From Georgenia sp. AZ-5 (GTDB lineage: Bacteria; Actinomycetota; Actinomycetes; Actinomycetales; Actinomycetaceae): DNA of 24,000 nt. The notes beneath the pieces are model-generated. The model had not been told where the DNA came from. It did not search any database and worked only from the letters and a program-made list of their open reading frames with translations. The stretch spans positions 2,795,629 through 2,819,628 of the forward strand of contig NZ_JBINOU010000001.1 of assembly GCF_043952095.1 (NCBI RefSeq), in the 5' to 3' direction. Each line of letters starts with the position of its first letter. Position 1 is the first letter of the stretch. The position numbers and the translations under genes were made by a program. Of this stretch, positions 18,444-24,000 are shown piece by piece.

Positions 18444-20201
18444 TCAGCGCTCCGCGCGGTTGACGGCCGAGACGATCGCCTTGAAGGAGGCCGTCATCGT
18501 GGACGGGTCGATCCCCACGCCCCACAGCACCTGGCCGTCCACCTCGCACTCGAGGTAGGCCGCCGCGGTGGCGTCCCCGCCCTCGGAGAGGGCGTGCTCG
18601 GCGTAGTCGAGCACGTGCACCTGGACGCCCAGCTCGCGCAGCGCGTTGACGAACGCGTCGATCGGGCCGTTGCCCGTGGCCGCGACGACCTTCTCCTCGC
18701 CGCCGTCGACGATGGTCACCGTCAGGACGGCGTCGGTCCCCTCGCCGGCGGTGGTGACGGTGGTGCCCTTGAGGGAGAACCGGCCCCAGGGCTCCAGCCC
18801 CATGGCGGCGGTGTGGGGCAGGTACTCGTCGGCGAAGATCGACCAGAGCTTCTCGGCGTCGATCTCGCCGCCGTAGGCGTCGGTGTGCTTCTGCACGATG
18901 TTGGACAGCTCGATCTGCAACCGGCGCGGCAGGTCCAGGTTCCGGGTGGAGGACAGCAGGTAGGCGACCCCGCCCTTGCCCGACTGGGAGTTGACCCGGA
19001 CGACGGCCTCGTAGCTGCGGCCGACGTCCTTGGGGTCGATCGGCAGGTAGGGCAGCTCCCACACGACGGCGGTCTCGTCGCCGCCGGCCGCGGCGACCTT
19101 CTCGTCGCGCACGGCGAAGCCCTTCTTGATGGCGTCCTGGTGGGAGCCGGAGAAGGACGTGTACACCAGGTCCCCGCCGTAGGGGTGGCGCGGGTGGACG
19201 TCCATCTGCGTGCACGACTCCACGGTGCGGCGGACCGTGTCGATGTCGGAGAAGTCGATCATCGGGTCGATGCCCTGGCTGTACAGGTTCAGCCCCAGGG
19301 TGACCAGGTCGACGTTGCCGGTGCGCTCGCCCTGCCCGAACAGGCAGCCCTCGACGCGGTCGGCGCCGGCGAGCATCGCCAGCTCGGCGGCGGCCACGCC
19401 GGTGCCGCGGTCGTTGTGCGGGTGCACCGACAGGGCGATGTGCTCGCGGCGCGTCAGGTGCCGGCTCATCCACTCGATCTGGTCGGCGTAGACGTTGGGG
19501 GTGGCGCGCTCGACGGTGGCGGGGAGGTTGAGGATGATCTCGCGGGCGCCCTCGGGCTGCCAGACGTCCATGACAGCCTCGCAGACCTCCAGGGCGTAGT
19601 CGAGCTCGGTGTCGACGAAGATCTCCGGCGAGTACTGGTACCCGAAGACGGTGTCGTCCCCGAGCACCTTCTCGGCGTAGGCGACGACCTCGCGGGTGCC
19701 CGACACGGCGAGCTCGCGGGTGGCCTCGCGGTCGTTGTGGAAGACGATCTCCCGGAACACCGGGGCGGTGGCGTTGTACAGGTGCACCGTGGCGCGCGGG
19801 AAGCCGACCAGGGAGTCGATGGTGCGATGGATGAGCTCGGGCCGGGACTGGGTGAGCACGGAGACCGTGACGTCCTCGGGGACGGCGCCGTCCTCCACCA
19901 GGGAGCGGACGAAGTCGAAGTCGGTCTGCGAGGCGGCCGGGAAGCCGATCTCGATCTCCTTGTAGCCCATGCGGACGAGCAGGTCGAACATCCGCCGCTT
20001 GCGGTCCGCGTTCATGGGCTCGATCAGCGCCTGGTTGCCGTCACGCAGGTCGGTCGAGAGCCACCGGGGGGCGCGGGTGGTGCGGCGGGTGGGCCACTGC
20101 CGGTCGGGCAGGTCGACCGGGTTGGTGACCTGGAAGGGCCGGTACTTGGTGATCGGCATCCGGGAGGGCCGCTGTGCGTGGATGTGGTCCTGCGTCTTCA
20201 T
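18444..20201 (-). CDS. leuA: 2-isopropylmalate synthase (long actinobacterial type)
   Basis: 585 aa. [58 protein letters not shown], plus a C-terminal LeuA regulatory domain. ATG 20201 is preceded by GAGGAAG (20208-20214) at 6-nt spacing. Confidence 0.95.
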   Translation of the reverse strand: MKTQDHIHAQRPSRMPITKYRPFQVTNPVDLPDRQWPTRRTTRAPRWLSTDLRDGNQALIEPMNADRKRRMFDLLVRMGYKEIEIGFPAASQTDFDFVRSLVEDGAVPEDVTVSVLTQSRPELIHRTIDSLVGFPRATVHLYNATAPVFREIVFHNDREATRELAVSGTREVVAYAEKVLGDDTVFGYQYSPEIFVDTELDYALEVCEAVMDVWQPEGAREIILNLPATVERATPNVYADQIEWMSRHLTRREHIALSVHPHNDRGTGVAAAELAMLAGADRVEGCLFGQGERTGNVDLVTLGLNLYSQGIDPMIDFSDIDTVRRTVESCTQMDVHPRHPYGGDLVYTSFSGSHQDAIKKGFAVRDEKVAAAGGDETAVVWELPYLPIDPKDVGRSYEAVVRVNSQSGKGGVAYLLSSTRNLDLPRRLQIELSNIVQKHTDAYGGEIDAEKLWSIFADEYLPHTAAMGLEPWGRFSLKGTTVTTAGEGTDAVLTVTIVDGGEEKVVAATGNGPIDAFVNALRELGVQVHVLDYAEHALSEGGDATAAAYLECEVDGQVLWGVGIDPSTMTASFKAIVSAVNRAER

Positions 20202-20290
20202 CGGTGTCTTCCTCGTCGCTCGTGCGGTTCACGGCCAGGCACGACAACCGCCGCGACGAGGAGCCGGCCTCAGTGGGCCTCGTCGCGGCT
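20202..20290 (-). promoter_or_regulatory. leuA attenuator: alternative A:B / B:C hairpins, B:C occluding the leuA SD
   Basis: On the minus-strand RNA, segment A is GCCGCGACGAGG (20289-20278), segment B is CCUCGUCGCGGC (20261-20250) and segment C is AGCGACGAGG (20220-20211). A:B is a perfect 12-bp helix with a 16-nt loop. B:C gives 9 bp (CCUCGUCGC/GCGACGAGG) plus an inner 5-bp helix (CGUGC/GCACG or CGGUU/AACCG). Segment C contains the GAGG of the leuA SD. No U-tract follows. Confidence 0.5.
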
Positions 20291-20326
20291 CAGAAGGAGC
20301 AGCAGGTGCTGCTCGGGGCGGGCCAT
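20270..20326 (-). CDS. leuA leader peptide, 18 codons: MARPEQHLLLLLSRDEAH*
   Basis: Not in the ORF track because it is too short. Minus-strand ATG at 20326-20324. Five consecutive Leu codons CTG CTG CTC CTT CTG occupy 20305-20291. TGA at 20272-20270. It lies 68 nt upstream of leuA and immediately upstream of mutually exclusive hairpins. Confidence 0.6.
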   Translation of the reverse strand: MARPEQHLLLLLSRDEAH

Positions 20327-20338
20327 GCGCACGTGGCG

Positions 20339-20367
20339 AGGTTAGCGCGCGGCGTCGGGCGCGTCAC
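20339..20367 (-). promoter_or_regulatory. Candidate promoter for the leuA leader
   Basis: On the minus strand: GTGACG (20367-20362), a 17-nt spacer, then TAACCT (20344-20339, fits the actinobacterial TAnnnT -10). It sits about 12 nt upstream of the leader ATG, implying a very short 5' UTR. Sequence match only. Confidence 0.3.
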
Positions 20368-20414
20368 CTTCCGGACCGGCACGTCTCAGCATCCGGAGCA
20401 CGACGGCGGTGGTC

Positions 20415-20491
20415 ACGTCGCTCCCCCTGCGTGCGACGTAGCCACCGCCGTCGACCCGCCCGCGTTCCGTCGCGCCCCCTGCGTGCGACGG
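20415..20491. repeat. Twin hairpin-forming direct repeats with C5 (or, on the other strand, G5) loops; candidate sRNA or tandem terminators
   Basis: cgtcgcTccccctgcgtgcgacg (20416-20438) and cgtcgcGccccctgcgtgcgacg (20468-20490) are 23-mers with one mismatch and a 52-bp period. Each folds as a 7-bp stem. Copy 1 is ACGTCGC (20415-20421) with GCGACGT (20433-20439). Copy 2 is CCGTCGC (20467-20473) with GCGACGG (20485-20491). Loops are 11 nt. The outermost pair differs (A-T vs C-G) but stays complementary. Confidence 0.6.
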
Positions 20492-20600
20492 CCCACCGGC
20501 CGAGCCCCGGTGCTGCTCTGCCCTCATTCCTACCCGCCCGCACCGGCTCTTGTCGCCCCTCACGCATGGGGACAACTCCCCACCGGGTGCCCGATAGGCG

Positions 20601-22881
20601 TCAGTCCGCGGGGTCGCGCGGCCGGTGGCGCCGGAGCGAGCGGAGGGACAGCCGGGCCCGCCACCAGCGCCGGCGGCCGACCGCCGCCCCGATGGCGCCC
20701 AGCGTGGCGTCGACCGCGCTCCAGTAGCCGCGGGCGGCCGGCTCGCTGGGGTCCGCGGGCCCGAACACGGCGGCGTCGGCGCGCGCGGCGAGCTCGTCCG
20801 CGTCGGCCGCCAGCGCCCGCGCCAGCTCCGCGGCGTTCTCGCGGCGGGTGGCGGCGGGGGTGAGCGCGACACCGACGTCGACGGCGGCGTCCATGACCTC
20901 CGCCCACCCGCCGGCGATGCGCTCGGCGGGTGTGCCGGCCCTGCGGCGGCGCGCCGCCCGCCTGGCCTTGAGCAGCAGGACGGCGAGCAGGGGGGGCCAG
21001 GAGCACCAGCAGGCCACCGGTGACGGCCGCGGCCACCAGGACGGCCCGCGGCCAGGCGGCGTCCTGGTCCTCCTGGTCCTCGGTGTCGACGTCCTGCCGG
21101 TCCGTCGGCGGCACGTCCGGCGGCTCCTGCGCCGGGGGCGGGGGCTGCAGCACCTGGGGCTGGGGCCGGTTCTGCGGCGACGGGGACTCCCCCTGCCAGA
21201 TCCGGTCCTCGTCCGGCGTCGGGAAGAACGACACCCAGCCGTGCCCCTCGAACGGCACCTCGACCCAGGCGGTGACGTCGTCGCCGGTGAGCGCGACGTG
21301 CCCGCCCGCGCCGGGCGGCGCCTCGAGGCCCATCACCACCCGCGACGGGATCCCGACGGCCCGGAGCATCAGCGCCATCGCGGCGGCGTACTGCTCGTCG
21401 TCCCCGATCATCGCCTCCCCGCCGAGCAGCTCGTCCACCCGGGCGGCGCCGTGCCCGGGCAGCGACGGCGTCTCCCCCTCGAGCCCGTGGGAGAAGTACC
21501 CGAGCCGCAGGCCGGACTCGATCGCACGGATCTGGGTGAGCGGCGTGCGCGCCTGGGCCGTCAGCCGCGCGGCCGCGGCGGTGGCCACCTCCGGGAACAG
21601 CGCCTGGGGCTGGGCGACGTCGGCGACCGGGGCGCCCCCGAGCGCGGAGTCCGACGGCTCGGGGGGCAGCGCGGCGAGGAGCTCGTAGGAGTCCCCCGGG
21701 CGCAGGCCGGCGACGGCCAGCCCGGTCCCCGTGGTCCGGTTGACGTAGAGGGAGCCCTGCAGGTCGGCCGCGCGAGCCCCGGTGAAGTCGACGTCGTAGG
21801 GGCGGCCCACCATGGGCACCCACACGTCGGCGTACTCCCCGACCGTCACGGTCATCCGGCGCAGGCCCTCGCGCAGCTCGGGCTCCACCCGCTCGCCGAC
21901 CCGCACGAACCGGCCCGACGTCGCCTCGCCCGAGACGGACCAGGCCGTCCCGTCGTAGGCGTCGAGCACCGCCAGGCGCACCCGGGCGCCGCCGGGCAGC
22001 CCGTCGACGGCGAGCACCGTCTCGTCGCGGTGGTCCTTGACGTAGCCGCGGAACCCCGCCAGCGGGCTGGGGAAGTCCCGCGGGTCGGGCGGGGGCTCGA
22101 CGTGGTCGCGCAGCACGAACCGGGGCGAGGCGGGCGGGGCGAGGGCGACACCCGTCCCGGCGACCGCTCCGGCGAGCAGGAGGGCGACCGCCCCGCGCAG
22201 ACGGCCGGGGTGCATGCGGCCCGTGCGCCAGGTCCCCCACGCGAGCGCGCCGAGCGCCCCGGCGGCGCCGACGGGCACCGCGGCCTGCGCCTCGCTCGTG
22301 CCGAGCAGGATGGCCGCGGCGAGCGCCAGCGCCGGCGGGAGGAGCGCCCACGCGGGCCGGGAGGTGCGCAGGGCGATTGTCACCGCCGCCAGCGTGGCGA
22401 CGAAGGCGAGCAGGTAGGGCGCGGTGAGCACCCCGCCGTGGGCGCCGAGCGGCGGCAGCACGGTGACCAGCTGCTTCCAGGAGGTCACCGCCGCCTGGGC
22501 GACCGCGCCGAGCGTCGCCGGGGTGGGCACCGCTCCCCCGAGCGCGGTCGTCGGCGCGCCGAGGGCGGAGCAGGCCGCCAGCGTGACGACGGCGCCCGCC
22601 GCGACGGTCAGCGCGCCCCAGCCGAGCAGCGCGCCGACCACGGCGAGACCGGCGCCGAGCAGCGCCCCGCCGACGACGGCGGCCACCAGGTGGCCGGTGG
22701 CGAAGACGGGCCACAGCGGGAGGAGGGCCAGGAGCACCAGGGCGGTGAGCACGGCGACGTCGGCGCCGCGGGCGCGAAGCAGCCCGGCGAGCTCGGCGCG
22801 CCACGCGCCGGGCCGGCCGCGCGCGCCCTCGGCGCCCCGGCGCCGCGACCGCCGCCCCGGCTGAGCCGTCCGCCCGCTCAC
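20601..22881 (-). pseudogene. Transglutaminase-like membrane protein (N-terminal multi-TM, TGase-core fold, C-terminal TM plus DUF4129-like tail) interrupted by a frameshift in a C7 tract
   Basis: GTG 22881 overlaps the DUF58 stop as GTGA. The N-terminal part has at least 6 TM helices. TGase-core blocks: GDDEQYAAAMALMLRAVGIPSRVVMG and DVTAWVEVPFEGHGWVSFFPTP. A Pro/Gln/acidic linker follows. The reading frame then changes at CCCCCCC (minus strand; plus-strand G7 at 20990-20996). The upstream frame continues as Arg-rich junk to 20560. The +1 frame (track ORF 20601..21017) encodes a TM helix (LLAVLLL), KARRAARRRR, and a plausible DUF4129-like tail. Removing one C yields a continuous 759-aa protein. 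Confidence 0.75.
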
Positions 22882-24000
22882 CGCACGGCCCTGCGCAGCA
22901 GCCGGGGCAGCCTGTCGAGCTCGGCCACCGTCACCACGGTCAGCCCGCCGACGGACGCGACGCCCTCGTCCTGGACGTGCGCGCGGACGGCGACGGCGCG
23001 CAGGCCCGCGGGCAGGACGGCGCCGGCGGCACGCAGGTCCCGGACGGGGACGCCCGACCCGCAGACCAGGACGACGAGGGAGGCGTGGGGCAGGTCCCGC
23101 GAGACCGCGCGGGCCATCGCGACGAACCCGCGGGGCCCGCCGGCGGTCTCCAGGCGGGTCAGCGCGTCGAGCAGGGCGCCGCGGGAGACCGCCGGCAGGA
23201 CCTCGTGGGTGGTCAGCGCCGTGAGGTCCTTCTCCTCCAGGAACGACTCGAGCCCGAGGGAGGCGGCGGCCGAGACGGCGAGCTCGAGCTCCGCCGGGTC
23301 GCCGTAGTCCGCCTCGTGCCGGCTCAGGGCCACCACCACCTGGCTGCGCCGCGTCTCCTCGAACTGGCGGACCATGAGCGTGCCCGTGCGGGCGGAGCTG
23401 CGCCAGTGGACGTGGCGGCGGTCGTCGCCGGCGATGTACTCGCGCAGGGCGTGGAAGGACAGGTCGGAGGCGGTGATGTCGCTCGACGGGCGGCCCTCGA
23501 GGTCGTGGAGGAGCCCCGCGGCCCCGGAGGCCAGGCCCACGGTGCGCGGGTGGACGTAGAGCTCGTGGACCTGCGTCCACGACACCGCGCGGCGCACCAG
23601 CCCCAGCGGGTCCCCGCGCACCGACCGCACGGGCCCGACCGGGATGACGGCCCGGCGGGCCGTCGGGATCGCGAAGACCTCCTCGTGCTCGCCGCCGCGG
23701 GGCAGGCCGGGCAGGGGGAAGGCGACCTCCGCCGTCCCGACCGGCAGCTCCACGCGGGCCGGGAGGACGGGGCGGGCGGCGGTGTTGCGCACCACCACCG
23801 CGCCCACGGCGCGCTCCCCCACGACCACCCGCGCGGAGGACAGCCGCAGGTCGACGCCGTAGGGCTGGCGCCCCACGGTGAACACCAGGGCGGCCGCCAG
23901 CACGGCGAGGAGCGCCGCCCCAGCGACGACGAGCTCGGCCCAGCCCAGGTGCCGCCCGGCCACGGTCGCCGGCAGCCCGGCGGCGGCCGCCGCCCAGCCG
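22878..24000 (-). CDS. DUF58 domain protein (vWA-like; MoxR-associated), 5' end probably outside window
   Basis: Hallmark DUF58 block FHALREYIAGDDRRHVHWRSSARTGTLMVRQFEE. The frame stays open upstream of the GTG at 23963 to the window edge (GWAAAAAGLPAT-V-AGRHLGWAELVVAGAALL...). That stretch looks like the first of the two N-terminal TM helices typical of the family. TGA at 22880-22878. Confidence 0.85.
   Translation of the reverse strand, partial: GWAAAAAGLPATVAGRHLGWAELVVAGAALLAVLAAALVFTVGRQPYGVDLRLSSARVVVGERAVGAVVVRNTAARPVLPARVELPVGTAEVAFPLPGLPRGGEHEEVFAIPTARRAVIPVGPVRSVRGDPLGLVRRAVSWTQVHELYVHPRTVGLASGAAGLLHDLEGRPSSDITASDLSFHALREYIAGDDRRHVHWRSSARTGTLMVRQFEETRRSQVVVALSRHEADYGDPAELELAVSAAASLGLESFLEEKDLTALTTHEVLPAVSRGALLDALTRLETAGGPRGFVAMARAVSRDLPHASLVVLVCGSGVPVRDLRAAGAVLPAGLRAVAVRAHVQDEGVASVGGLTVVTVAELDRLPRLLRRAVR

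Noticed and set aside
20364-20567. 67-aa minus-strand ORF (MREGRQEPVRAGRNEGR...) in the intergenic region between the transglutaminase-like gene and the leuA leader
   Set aside because: Third-codon positions are frequently A or T (CGT, CGA, CAA, GGT, AAT, AGA, GCA), unlike every confident gene here. The composition is Arg/Gly-rich and there is no SD. The region is better explained by RNA or DNA structure (twin hairpins).
20560-23580. 1006-aa minus-strand ORF in the track, apparently one giant protein
   Set aside because: It is a composite. Its first about 233 codons are an alternate frame of the DUF58 gene, with Arg/Pro/Gly-rich low complexity. The true start is GTG 22881, at the DUF58 stop. 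Its last about 145 codons, after the C7 tract at 20990-20996, are Arg-rich junk. Only 22881 to about 20997 is credible coding sequence in this frame.

Overview
Very GC-rich actinobacterial chromosomal segment. The protein style looks Micrococcales/Cellulomonas-like, but that cannot be verified here. I can support 21 protein-coding genes. I see no rRNA, tRNA, CRISPR, transposase or integrase. All family calls come from motif recognition by eye, with no searches run. Many long alternate-frame ORFs in the track are high-GC artefacts. Several true starts lie internal to the listed ORFs and were set from stop/start overlaps (ATGA, GTGA) and Shine-Dalgarno (SD) sequences.

Layout:
- Partial GH13 alpha-glucosidase (+).
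- Ornithine-cyclodeaminase-family gene, dus, a YibE/F-family membrane protein and glyQS (all -).
- Divergent znuA-znuC-znuB-zur with a candidate Zur operator on a leaderless-type promoter, then a DedA-like gene (+).
- A six-gene, translationally coupled operon (-): SBP2, permease, YhfX-like PLP enzyme, half-size ATPase, SBP1, M20 hydrolase.
- uppS-recO (-).
- leuA (-), preceded by an unlisted 18-codon leader ORF with five consecutive Leu codons and alternative hairpins that can occlude the leuA SD.
- A structured intergenic region with twin C-loop hairpins.
- A DUF58 gene coupled to a transglutaminase-like membrane protein (-). A MoxR ATPase is expected beyond the window.

Most noteworthy:
1. 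The ABC/PLP/M20 operon with two paralogous binding proteins. It sits inside the otherwise conserved glyS-znu-zur-uppS-recO backbone.
2. The leuA leader/attenuator.
3. The transglutaminase-like gene. It is broken at a C7 homopolymer, and its Cys-His-Asp triad positions read Asp-Thr-Phe.
4. The twin hairpin repeats, which show a compensatory closing-pair change.
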